Virus record (IMG/VR): IMGVR_UViG_3300048072_000006
Location: 1 to 41,797 of that record
Direction: 5' to 3' (one strand)
Length of the DNA: 41,797 nt
From: a virus
Shown: positions 33,462 to 40,559 of the stretch, piece by piece
How the letters are laid out: every line of letters starts with the position of its first letter
Position numbering within the stretch: position 1 is the stretch's first letter
Notes under the pieces: generated by a model
The model's input: the letters and a program-made list of their open reading frames with translations, nothing else
Databases searched by the model: none
What the model was told of the DNA's origin: nothing
Position numbers and translations under genes: made by a program

Positions 33462-33880
33462 TGCTCCGCGCCGTCGCCTTTAAGCCGCGCAGACAGAACA
33501 GTAGGCGTGCTGACGAATGGAAAAGGTGCGAGCCTTACCTTCGCTGGCTGCGTCGGCTGCCCTGCTTCCTGAGCGTCCATGACAAGGATCATGTTTGCGA
33601 AGGCAAGGTGCGCGCGTGCCACTTTGATCCTTGGGGCGACAAGGGAGTGTCGAGCAAGGTGGCGGATGCCTCCGCCCTCCCGATGTGTGACGGAGCCCAT
33701 GCGGAGCAGACTGATCGGATTGGCTGGCCCAAGTTTCAGCGCAAATATGCTTTCGATGGCGGGCACGTCGTCACGGCCTACTGGCTGGAATGGCTCAAGA
33801 CGCCAGCGGGCCGCGCATGGGAGATCGAACACGAGGCAGCAGCTTCCTACGTCGAGACTATGCGGAGGCGTTGGGCATGA
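33461..33880 (+). CDS. DUF968/Ref-like (degenerate HNH-type) protein, 139 aa
   Basis: 'CEGKVRACHFDPWGDKGVSSKVADASALPMCDGAHAEQ' resembles the DUF968 core ('HH....KG.g.K..D...iPLC..HH.E'). Confidence 0.5.
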   Translation: MLRAVAFKPRRQNSRRADEWKRCEPYLRWLRRLPCFLSVHDKDHVCEGKVRACHFDPWGDKGVSSKVADASALPMCDGAHAEQTDRIGWPKFQRKYAFDGGHVVTAYWLEWLKTPAGRAWEIEHEAAASYVETMRRRWA

Positions 33881-34269
33881 GCGGACACACCATCCGGCTT
33901 ACCGACGACTGGCAGCGCGCCCGTGCTCAACGCCTGATCGCGAAGGCCCCCGCTGGCTACGTTGTCACGGTGAACGAACCAAAGCGGACATGCGCTCAGT
34001 CGGACAAGATGTGGGCAATGCTCACGGACATTTCGCACGCAATGCCGATGGGCCGCCGCCACACGCCTGACGACTGGAAAGCGATCGTCATGAACGCCTG
34101 CGGTTGGGAGTGCCAGTTTGTCGAGGGGCTGGACGGGCGACCGTTCCCCAAGGGTTTCCGGTCATCGGAGCTTACCAAGTCGCAAATGTCCACGATGATC
34201 GACTGGATGCAGGCGTTCGGAGACGGTCACGGCGTCCAGTGGGGCGATGAGGCGGAGAGGGCAGCATGA
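33877..34269 (+). CDS. ninB: NinB/Orf-family recombination mediator, 130 aa
   Basis: By eye it aligns with lambda NinB: 'VVTVNEPKRTCAQSDKMWAMLTDIS' vs 'VVTIQERNRSLDQNRKLWACLGDVS', and 'MIDWMQAFGDGHGVQWGDEA' vs 'LLELIQAFGTERGVKWSDEA'. ATGA-coupled start at 33877. Confidence 0.85.
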   Translation: MSGHTIRLTDDWQRARAQRLIAKAPAGYVVTVNEPKRTCAQSDKMWAMLTDISHAMPMGRRHTPDDWKAIVMNACGWECQFVEGLDGRPFPKGFRSSELTKSQMSTMIDWMQAFGDGHGVQWGDEAERAA

Positions 34270-34405
34270 CCTGCTCTATCGGGCGGATCAGGCTCAGCCA
34301 GAACTGTCCATTGTACGAGGATGAGTTTTCCAACGCCACCCGCAGGCAAGCCCCAGGCAGCGGGACACCGGAAGTGGTGGATATGTCTGGGGAAAGGGAT
34401 TTGTG

Positions 34406-34654
34406 ATGGCAGATGAAGTTATTCCGCAGCGCCTGTCTGAACTGGCCGGCGAGCGCATTCTGGAAGCTGTGCCCAATTTAGAGGTGCGGCACCCGTTTGA
34501 TCCAGACGCTTCTGGAGCATGCTTCACGCTGGATGACCGAACTTATCTGGTCTTTGAAGACCCGAGCGACGGGTATCGCAGCACCGCATCCCCGCTGATG
34601 AGCTTTGCAGGCTCGGAGCCCTCAAATGGCCGACATGCCGTGACAGGAGTATAG
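34406..34654 (+). CDS. Hypothetical protein, 82 aa
   Basis: ATG 34406 is coupled (TGATG) to a possible 46-codon ORF at 34266..34406. No motif recognised. Confidence 0.5.
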   Translation: MADEVIPQRLSELAGERILEAVPNLEVRHPFDPDASGACFTLDDRTYLVFEDPSDGYRSTASPLMSFAGSEPSNGRHAVTGV

Positions 34655-34748
34655 CAGTGCGCAAAGGGGCTGAGCCACTGGCTGCAATGCGATGTCGGTC
34701 AATTGATGGACGAGGCCCGCAGTCGCCATGGCGGCGATTGATGATCAG

Positions 34749-34937
34749 CTACAAGGCTGATTCGCGCCTCTCGATCTCAGCTTCAATGGCGGCACGGATG
34801 AAGCTGGATTTCTTTTCGGCGCCGGAAAGAACCGCCTTGATCCGATCAAGCGTTCCGGCGCGAAAGCGCGCCAGCGTCTGTTCGCCGTTGATCTTGGGGC
34901 GCCCAACCTTGGGTCGGCGCTTCGGTCGCTCTTCCAT
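34749..34937 (-). CDS. Ribbon-helix-helix (CopG/Arc/Mnt-type) DNA-binding protein, 62 aa
   Basis: A basic N-terminal arm is followed by 'TLARFRAGTLDRIKAVLSGAEKKSSFIRAAIEAEIERRE' (beta-strand, helix, helix pattern). AGGAG lies 11 nt before ATG 34937. It is the lone minus-strand gene inside the plus arm. Confidence 0.7.
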   Translation of the reverse strand: MEERPKRRPKVGRPKINGEQTLARFRAGTLDRIKAVLSGAEKKSSFIRAAIEAEIERRESAL

Positions 34938-34941
34938 TTTT

Positions 34942-35006
34942 GCGATATCTCCTATTGACGTACCGGATGGCACCAAATATATAGGTGATATCGCCTGTGG
35001 TGGCAA
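34942..35006. promoter_or_regulatory. Face-to-face promoters sharing one -10 box, bracketed by a 14-bp inverted repeat (putative RHH operator)
   Basis: Plus strand: TTGACG (34955-60)-N17-TATATA (34978-83). Minus strand: TTGCCA (rc of 35001-06)-N17-the same palindromic TATATA. The inverted repeat is GCGATATCTCCTAT (34942-55) / ATAGGTGATATCGC (34981-94), matching at 13 of 14 positions. Confidence 0.55.
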
Positions 35007-35049
35007 GTATTGTGAGAGCGGCTGCCACTTATGAACAAGGACAAAGCCA

Positions 35050-35394
35050 ATGACTGACAACGAAGGCCCGCCGCAATGGGCAATGGATCGCGCCCGCGAA
35101 CTGGTCAGGGCGCAATGTCAAGCACAGGGGGTGTCCGTCGCATTCGCCGCTGACATCTTTCACCCGGAAAGGCACCCTGCGGTCAAAGTCCTCGCCGGCA
35201 TCATCGCGACGCACGAGAAGCCGCCCGTCGATCCCGATCTTGAGATCGCGCGGGAGGCTTTGGCGCTGACTTGTGAGGGGCATAGCAATCCCGGTTCCGC
35301 CGCCATGGCCCGCGCCGGGGAATACGACGACACGGCTGGCGTCACCGCCGCCCGCCATGCCCTGCGCCTCGCGCGCGAGAGGGGGGTGCTGTGA
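35050..35394 (+). CDS. Hypothetical protein, first gene of the RHH-adjacent operon, 114 aa
   Basis: AAGGA lies 8 nt before ATG 35050. No motif recognised. Confidence 0.6.
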   Translation: MTDNEGPPQWAMDRARELVRAQCQAQGVSVAFAADIFHPERHPAVKVLAGIIATHEKPPVDPDLEIAREALALTCEGHSNPGSAAMARAGEYDDTAGVTAARHALRLARERGVL

Positions 35395-35867
35395 TGGCAA
35401 AGCGTTATGAATTTACCGGCGAAACCGAGGTCTATGCGGGCCACACTTTGCACCGCATCCGCGCCATTGTTGACATGCCGGCCATCGGCGTCTCGGTCGG
35501 CGATCTGGGCGGCTGGATCGAAAGCGAAGACAATCTGCCCCATGACGGGACCGCCTGGGTATTCCCTGCCGCCAAGGCCATGGGAGAGTTTACAAGACTC
35601 ATGGGCGGCACCTTCCGGGGCGGCGCCTTCGAGGGCGGCACCTCTACCAAGTTGCAGCCGCTCTACCTCGCCGGGCTGTGCTGGCAGATCACCATCACCG
35701 ACGAACATATGACGATCGGGTGCGAGACCCACAAGCTCAGCGACTGGTGGGCCTTCGATGACAGCACCATCGATGCCATGGATCGAAATGATGCGTTGCC
35801 CTTCTGGCGCGCGCACAAGGCGACCTTGCGGGCCCTTTGCGCCGCAACCGGGAGGATCGCAACATGA
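35394..35867 (+). CDS. Repeat-poor paralogue of the hexapeptide-repeat protein, 157 aa
   Basis: 'YEFTGETEVYAGHTLHRIRAI...GVSVGDLGGWIESEDNL' parallels 28710's 'YEATGETKVWLGVTLHRIRAV...GISAGDLGGWIEKPENL'. The C-terminal 'LCW...MTIGC' parallels 'LCW...VTVNRGC'. TGATG coupling. Confidence 0.7.
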   Translation: MAKRYEFTGETEVYAGHTLHRIRAIVDMPAIGVSVGDLGGWIESEDNLPHDGTAWVFPAAKAMGEFTRLMGGTFRGGAFEGGTSTKLQPLYLAGLCWQITITDEHMTIGCETHKLSDWWAFDDSTIDAMDRNDALPFWRAHKATLRALCAATGRIAT

Positions 35868-36091
35868 AAGGCAAGGCAACCGCCGGCGGCGACCACTACG
35901 ACACCGCCGCGCCCGACCTGCTTGATGCGCTGATCGACATTCTCGGCTCGCTCAACGTGGCATCCCGGAACCCGAACATCCCCGACGACACCATTGTCCC
36001 GGTGGACATGACGATGGGCGAAATCCGCAAGGGCCTCGCCGCGATCTTGCGCGCCACTGGCGAGGGAGAGAATCGCCATGATTCTCGGTGA
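35864..36091 (+). CDS. Short paralogue of 29824..30192 ('AAPDLLDAL...ATGEGEN'), 75 aa
   Basis: GGGAGGA lies before ATG 35864, with an ATGA overlap. It shares motifs with the 122-aa protein. Confidence 0.65.
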   Translation: MKGKATAGGDHYDTAAPDLLDALIDILGSLNVASRNPNIPDDTIVPVDMTMGEIRKGLAAILRATGEGENRHDSR

Positions 36092-36260
36092 CACCTGCGC
36101 CGAATGCGGCGGGCAGGGGGCCGGCGCGCGACAGCTCTGCCCGGCGTGCGAACCGCTCTATGCGGCGCTCGATCCCCGCCATGACGCGCTGGTGACGGAC
36201 GAATGCCTGTGCGCGGACTGCATCAGGCCGGCGGCATTGCGGACGCAAAGCCATGACTGA
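36078..36260 (+). CDS. Cys-rich zinc-ribbon-like peptide, 60 aa
   Basis: 'CAECGGQG...CPACEP...CLCADC'. It overlaps both neighbours by 8-14 nt. Confidence 0.45.
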   Translation: MILGDTCAECGGQGAGARQLCPACEPLYAALDPRHDALVTDECLCADCIRPAALRTQSHD

Positions 36261-36783
36261 AAGCATGATCGCGGCGGTCGAAATCCTAGATGCATTATCA
36301 CGTCAGGTTGGCGACGCCATCTTCGCGACCGAGTTGGCTTTCTGCGGCGGCGCGCGCCGGTGTGATTTCTGGACTATCAGCCCGAATTCATCGGCTGGCT
36401 TCAAGGCGCGAGCCTACGAGGTGAAGGTCTCGCGCGCGGACTTCCGCCGCGATACCGCCATGAAGCAGCGCGAGGCGCGGCTGTTTTCGGACCAATTCTT
36501 CTATGTCACGCCGCCTGGATTGGTGCGGCCTGAAGAAGTGCCGGACTGGGCAGGACTGATCGAGTTTGACGGAGTGTCGCTCAAGACCATCGTGCCGGCT
36601 CCGTACCGCGACAAGGATGCTCCCACTTGGGAGCTTGTCGTCTCCCTGATCCGCAATAGCGGCCATATCAACCGCGACACCGACCTTTTGAAGCTGAGAT
36701 TGCGCGAGGCGGAGCGGACGATACGCCGCGCGCGAAAGTTGATCGAGGATGCCGGACGCATGGCGTGGGAGTTCGGCCTATGA
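36253..36783 (+). CDS. MmcB-like PD-(D/E)XK nuclease-fold protein, 176 aa
   Basis: 'RRCDFWTIS...AYEVKVSRADFRRDTAMKQREARLFSDQFFYVTPPGL' fits D...E.K plus the MmcB/DUF1052 pattern ('VEIKSS.ADFR.D.K....Y...CDRFYFA.P'). Confidence 0.6.
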   Translation: MTESMIAAVEILDALSRQVGDAIFATELAFCGGARRCDFWTISPNSSAGFKARAYEVKVSRADFRRDTAMKQREARLFSDQFFYVTPPGLVRPEEVPDWAGLIEFDGVSLKTIVPAPYRDKDAPTWELVVSLIRNSGHINRDTDLLKLRLREAERTIRRARKLIEDAGRMAWEFGL

Positions 36784-36843
36784 GCAGCGCGCCCGCCGCC
36801 GATCACGGGCCTGTGGCGGATACACGGGGGGAGGCTGGCGACC

Positions 36844-37527
36844 ATGCGTGATCCATCCCCGCGCGTCCTGATCGCCTGCGAGTTTTCCGGCACGGTGCGC
36901 GACGCCTTTCTGGCGCGCGGCTTCGATGCTTGGTCCTGCGACCTGCTGGCCGATGAGCGGGGCAGCAACCGGCATATCCGGGGCGATGTCCGCGATGTGC
37001 TGGGCGATGGCTGGGACCTGCTGATCGTCGCGCATCCGCCCTGCACGAGGCTGTGCAACTCGGGCGTGCGCTGGCTCAGCCGGCCGCCTCGAGGCAAGAC
37101 GCTGGCGCAGATGTGGGCTGATCTGGACGCGGGCGCGGCGCTGTTTTCGACCCTGTGGACGGCGGACGTGCCGCTGGTGGCGATCGAGAATCCGGTGATG
37201 CATCGCCATGCCGCCGCGCGCATCGCGGACTGGCGGCCGCCGGCGCAGTCTGTCCAGCCATGGCAGTTCGGCGAATGGGAGACCAAGCGGACATGCTTCT
37301 GGACGCGCGGCCTGCCGCTGCTGCGGCCGGACCATGCGACGCTGGCAGATGCCAGGCGCGCGCTCGGGCTCGACGAAGCCGCGCGGCCGGCCGCACGGGT
37401 GCACAGGATGCCGCCCGGCGCCGATCGCGCCCGCGAGCGCTCCCGCTTCTTCCCCGGCATGGCCCGCGCCATGGCCGCGCAATGGGGCGACGCCGCGCTG
37501 GCGCGGGCGGGGAGGGTGGCGGCGTGA
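36844..37527 (+). CDS. Short DNA (cytosine-5)-methyltransferase-like protein, 227 aa
   Basis: Motif-I-like 'IACEFSGTVRDAF', motif IV 'HPPCTRL', motif VI 'AIENPV', C-terminal 'FFPGMARAMAAQW'. GGGGGGAGG lies before the ATG. The local GC is very high. Confidence 0.62.
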   Translation: MRDPSPRVLIACEFSGTVRDAFLARGFDAWSCDLLADERGSNRHIRGDVRDVLGDGWDLLIVAHPPCTRLCNSGVRWLSRPPRGKTLAQMWADLDAGAALFSTLWTADVPLVAIENPVMHRHAAARIADWRPPAQSVQPWQFGEWETKRTCFWTRGLPLLRPDHATLADARRALGLDEAARPAARVHRMPPGADRARERSRFFPGMARAMAAQWGDAALARAGRVAA

Positions 37528-37570
37528 GCTGGTCGATCGTCCCCGCCGCGTCCTGCGCACAGATCGAGCC

Positions 37571-37717
37571 ATGGCTGTGACGCGCCCGGCGCACCCGATG
37601 AGCGCGCAGGCCAGTTGCGAGGCGGCGCGGGCGCACGATCTCTATCGGCGGGCACGGATGATCCACGAGCTGGCGGTGGCTGGGGTCCTGCTTTGTAGCG
37701 GGTGGATTGCACCTTGA
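37571..37717 (+). CDS. Possible 48-aa terminal ORF of the plus arm
   Basis: 'MAVTRPAHPMSAQASCEAARAHDLYRRARMIHELAVAGVLLCSGWIAP'. Weak support. Confidence 0.25.
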   Translation: MAVTRPAHPMSAQASCEAARAHDLYRRARMIHELAVAGVLLCSGWIAP

Positions 37718-38091
37718 GAACACAGGGTGAATCCGGTATATCAAAGGGGTGATGCGGCGGCGCTGAAATGCAGAAGCGCACCGCCTAAAAGTAGGCTCCG
37801 GCCGCGCGAGATAGCCCTGACGCTTAAGCCAAGGGACGGCGAGAAACGTGGAACTCGGACGCCAGAGTAGCGACTGGCCCACATCACACGGCGAGCGACT
37901 ATGGATTTGGCATTTCCCGGTCGCTCGCTCGCCACTTTGATTGGCGGCGCCTGCCAAACTGGATCGCGACCGGCGAAGTGGTGTGGAGGTGAAGCGCTGA
38001 GCACAAAAGGCGGGGCATGACCCTGAGCTGGCCTAGAGCACTTCTGGAAGCGGGAGCCGGTAGAGATTACCCCGCACTTTTTGCTAACGCG

Positions 38092-38349
38092 TCAACCCGC
38101 CCAATAGTCGCGGTTCCAGTTCAAGTTATTCCAGCACTCAGCCCACGCCGCGTAGAGCCCTTCGATCCATGCAGCGCGGTTCCGCCCCTCTGTGGCTGGA
38201 TCGGCGCTCAGGGCGGGTACAGGAGGCGCCTGCGGGCATGTCAAACGATCAGGGGGCGGCGGGAGCCGGCTTGGTGCCGCCAAGTCCCCGCAGGCGCCCA
38301 AACAGAATATCGACAGAACTGCTATTGGAGATGCGATCCAGCGTTTCAT
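38092..38349 (-). CDS. o-spanin (outer-membrane lipoprotein), 85 aa
   Basis: Signal peptide plus lipobox 'SIFCLGAC', then a Pro-rich mature part. The start lies inside the i-spanin gene in another frame (overlapped architecture). Confidence 0.7.
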   Translation of the reverse strand: MKRWIASPIAVLSIFCLGACGDLAAPSRLPPPPDRLTCPQAPPVPALSADPATEGRNRAAWIEGLYAAWAECWNNLNWNRDYWAG

Positions 38350-38581
38350 CGGTGACTGCCCTTCTCTCTGCGGATGCCTTGTCTGCGGCGGCGGCGGCTC
38401 TTGCGCTCTCTTTGCGCGCTGCCTCCTGTAGTTCGACCAGATATTCAGCACGGACGGCCCGGTCATGCGCCGGCAGCCATGCGAACTTGAACGCGGCGAA
38501 TCCCAGCACCACCAACAGCACAGGTAGTCCGTATTTCACGAGCGGCTTTGCAAAGAGGGTTGCGATGGATGGTGGGATCAT
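38249..38581 (-). CDS. i-spanin (N-terminal TM plus coiled coil), 110 aa
   Basis: 'LPVLLVVLGFAAFKFAWL' TM segment followed by an Ala/Glu/Arg helical region. AAGGA lies before ATG 38581. Confidence 0.7.
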   Translation of the reverse strand: MIPPSIATLFAKPLVKYGLPVLLVVLGFAAFKFAWLPAHDRAVRAEYLVELQEAARKESARAAAAADKASAERRAVTDETLDRISNSSSVDILFGRLRGLGGTKPAPAAP

Positions 38582-38767
38582 GGTAGATTCCTTATGCTGC
38601 GGCGGTTAAAAACCAGCGGTTCCGTCCAAGACGGCGTGCGGCAGCTAGGTAGGTACAGTGGTGCAGCCGAGGCCGAGCCGAATTGATTCCTGCGTCCGGA
38701 TTGGCAGACGAAACGGGCGAGTAGATCGCGGGCGTGAGCCTAGAAGCAGCGTTCCAAAACCCGGCCA

Positions 38768-38959
38768 TCACTCATCATTCCAAACAAAGCCGATAGGGTT
38801 CGCCGCGCGAAAGATCGGATTACCATCCACATCGAGCAGGCCCGTATCGGCCGCCTCGTGGTCGCTAACGGTAAGCGTCGGGACGAACGGCCTGGCACCC
38901 CACGTTTCATCCTCGATCCACTGTGAGGGGTGCTTGCGGGTAAAATAGCGGGCCATCAT
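38768..38959 (-). CDS. Hypothetical soluble protein in the lysis cassette, 63 aa
   Basis: ATGA-coupled to the upstream 83-aa gene. Confidence 0.45.
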   Translation of the reverse strand: MMARYFTRKHPSQWIEDETWGARPFVPTLTVSDHEAADTGLLDVDGNPIFRAANPIGFVWNDE

Positions 38960-39207
38960 TCCTTCTCCGTCACCTTGGCTCGTGCCACATTGCGGTCTTT
39001 CAGGGCGATCGATCCGGCCGTCGCCCCGATGCATGTCGCGATTCCCATCGTGTAGGCTATGCAGAAACTGTCGAATGTCGCATGCACCTTCCCGGCCCAC
39101 ACCAGCGCGGGGGCTGTCACGATATAGACGGCAGAACCGAACGCCCCAAGAATGCGCTGTATTTCATACTCGCCAGAGATTCCCTTGAGAGCGTTCAGGA
39201 TGGTCAT
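38956..39207 (-). CDS. Two-TM holin-like membrane protein, 83 aa
   Basis: ATGA-coupled to the endolysin stop. TM segments 'ILGAFGSAVYIVTAPALVW' and 'FCIAYTMGIATCIGATAGSIAL', with a charged C-terminus. Confidence 0.6.
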   Translation of the reverse strand: MTILNALKGISGEYEIQRILGAFGSAVYIVTAPALVWAGKVHATFDSFCIAYTMGIATCIGATAGSIALKDRNVARAKVTEKE

Positions 39208-39767
39208 GTCACACCTCGATAGATTCGCTCCTCCGCCGCCCGGCGCCGCGTCAATCCATTGAGGACATGCCCGGCTTGCTTGTTCCACCGCCCGAACTGC
39301 GCTGCGGCACCGGCATAGTCGCCCTCTTTATGCAGGCGCCGCAACGTGCTTTCCTTGAAAGCCTCGGCCCCGATGTTGTAGGCAAGCGACACCATGGCAT
39401 CGAACTGGTCCTGGGTTGTCGGCGCCGATCCGAGCCCGGACGACACCGCTGATGCGAACTTGCCCATGTCCCGTTCAAACCTGGCGTCGGCTTGCGCCTC
39501 GGTCCAGACCATGCCCATCTTGACATCAGGGCCGGTCGAGCCCCATCCGATGGTCGGAACATCGTGGGCTGTCGGCATATAGGCTTGCAGGCGAAGGCTC
39601 TCAAATCCCTTGATGAAATCCTTGATGCGCTTGGACGGCTCTCGGCTCGCCACCACGCTGTGCAGCCCGAGGCCCTTTGCGATGGCGGCCCATGTCACCG
39701 GGCCGGCGATGCCATCATCGTCGACGCCAAGATGGCGCTGAATTTCCTTGATGATCTCTGTCGTCAT
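39204..39767 (-). CDS. Endolysin: PG_binding_1-like domain plus GH24 (T4/lambda-type) lysozyme, 187 aa
   Basis: 'IQRHLGVDDDGIAGPVTWAAI' (peptidoglycan-binding repeat). 'IKGFESLRLQAYMPTAHDVPTIGWGST' is the GH24 catalytic Glu/Asp/Thr region. ATGA-coupled start at 39767. Confidence 0.88.
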   Translation of the reverse strand: MTTEIIKEIQRHLGVDDDGIAGPVTWAAIAKGLGLHSVVASREPSKRIKDFIKGFESLRLQAYMPTAHDVPTIGWGSTGPDVKMGMVWTEAQADARFERDMGKFASAVSSGLGSAPTTQDQFDAMVSLAYNIGAEAFKESTLRRLHKEGDYAGAAAQFGRWNKQAGHVLNGLTRRRAAEERIYRGVT

Positions 39768-39943
39768 TTGACGCCTTTCAATCCTTGCCATGCGGCGATG
39801 CCAATCATCCCGGCGATCAGGGCCTTCCAGACAAACGCCCAGAGCCCGCGACCGAGATCGCGATAAAACTCATTCTTGATCTTTTCGCACAGAGCGTCGA
39901 CGACTGCGGCTACATCTTCGTCTGTCAGTGTTCTCTGGCTCAT
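39764..39943 (-). CDS. Single-TM holin/antiholin-like protein, 59 aa
   Basis: 'LWAFVWKALIAGMIGIAAW' TM segment near the C-terminus. ATGA couplings on both sides. Confidence 0.55.
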   Translation of the reverse strand: MSQRTLTDEDVAAVVDALCEKIKNEFYRDLGRGLWAFVWKALIAGMIGIAAWQGLKGVK

Positions 39944-40392
39944 CGATCCGTCCAAGTAAGAACCTTATCGAGCATAGAAGCCCGACAATGATGGTCACGT
40001 CGAAAACGATATAGCCCATGCCCCAGCGTCCATATTGAGACCGTAAGAAGCTGTATGAGGAACAGGCCGTCGAGCCCGCCCAGATACAGCGCCGTGGCCC
40101 CACCACGGATGCCGAATCCGGCGTGAAAGCCGAATTGAAACATGTATGTAATTGCGATGAATGACTGCCACCGGCTTACCGGCGGGAACGTGATCGCCGC
40201 CGCCGCCAGAAGGTCCATCGCCCAGAACCATGCCCAAGGCGTGTAGTTGCCTGAAATGGCGACGAAGCTTGAGCACATCGCCCAGTTGAGTGCCAGCACC
40301 AGCGCACAGCGGCGCGCGCCATCGGGCCCGACCGCGAACGATGCGGACACGACGAGCGCGAGCAGAAGAAACGCGGTGCCAGCTTCGATCAT
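39940..40392 (-). CDS. Multi-pass (4-5 TM) membrane protein at the head of the lysis cassette, 150 aa
   Basis: Hydrophobic segments run throughout the protein. No family recognised. Confidence 0.6.
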   Translation of the reverse strand: MIEAGTAFLLLALVVSASFAVGPDGARRCALVLALNWAMCSSFVAISGNYTPWAWFWAMDLLAAAAITFPPVSRWQSFIAITYMFQFGFHAGFGIRGGATALYLGGLDGLFLIQLLTVSIWTLGHGLYRFRRDHHCRASMLDKVLTWTDR

Positions 40393-40508
40393 TAGCCGCC
40401 ACCCTCGCCCGGAGGCGGTTTCGGCGTCCCCCCGCTCAACGGCTCCGGCGCCGGATCAGGAAGAGGGATTGGCTTCTTGTCCTTGTCTGTCATGTCTCTG
40501 CCTTTCAT
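40392..40508 (-). CDS. Possible 38-aa Pro-rich peptide
   Basis: 'MKGRDMTDKDKKPIPLPDPAPEPLSGGTPKPPPGEGGG'. TAATG coupling to the next gene. Weak support. Confidence 0.25.
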   Translation of the reverse strand: MKGRDMTDKDKKPIPLPDPAPEPLSGGTPKPPPGEGGG

Positions 40509-40559
40509 GCTCACGAAATCCCATGGTAATCCATCATCTTCTGGACCAGCGCCGCCATC

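Noticed and set aside
36501-37957. Three long minus-strand ORFs (426, 264 and 293 aa) over the MmcB-like/methyltransferase region
   Set aside because: They are extremely Arg/Pro/Ala/Ser-rich, mutually overlapping, and antisense to plus-strand ORFs with recognisable PD-(D/E)XK and C5-MTase motifs. They are artefacts of very high local GC.
37718-38091. A possible tRNA or tmRNA in the non-coding zone (e.g. 'GGGTGAATCCGG' resembling a T-loop)
   Set aside because: I could not fold a cloverleaf with acceptor, D and anticodon arms around it. The T-loop resemblance is weak. It is kept only as an unexplained non-coding region.
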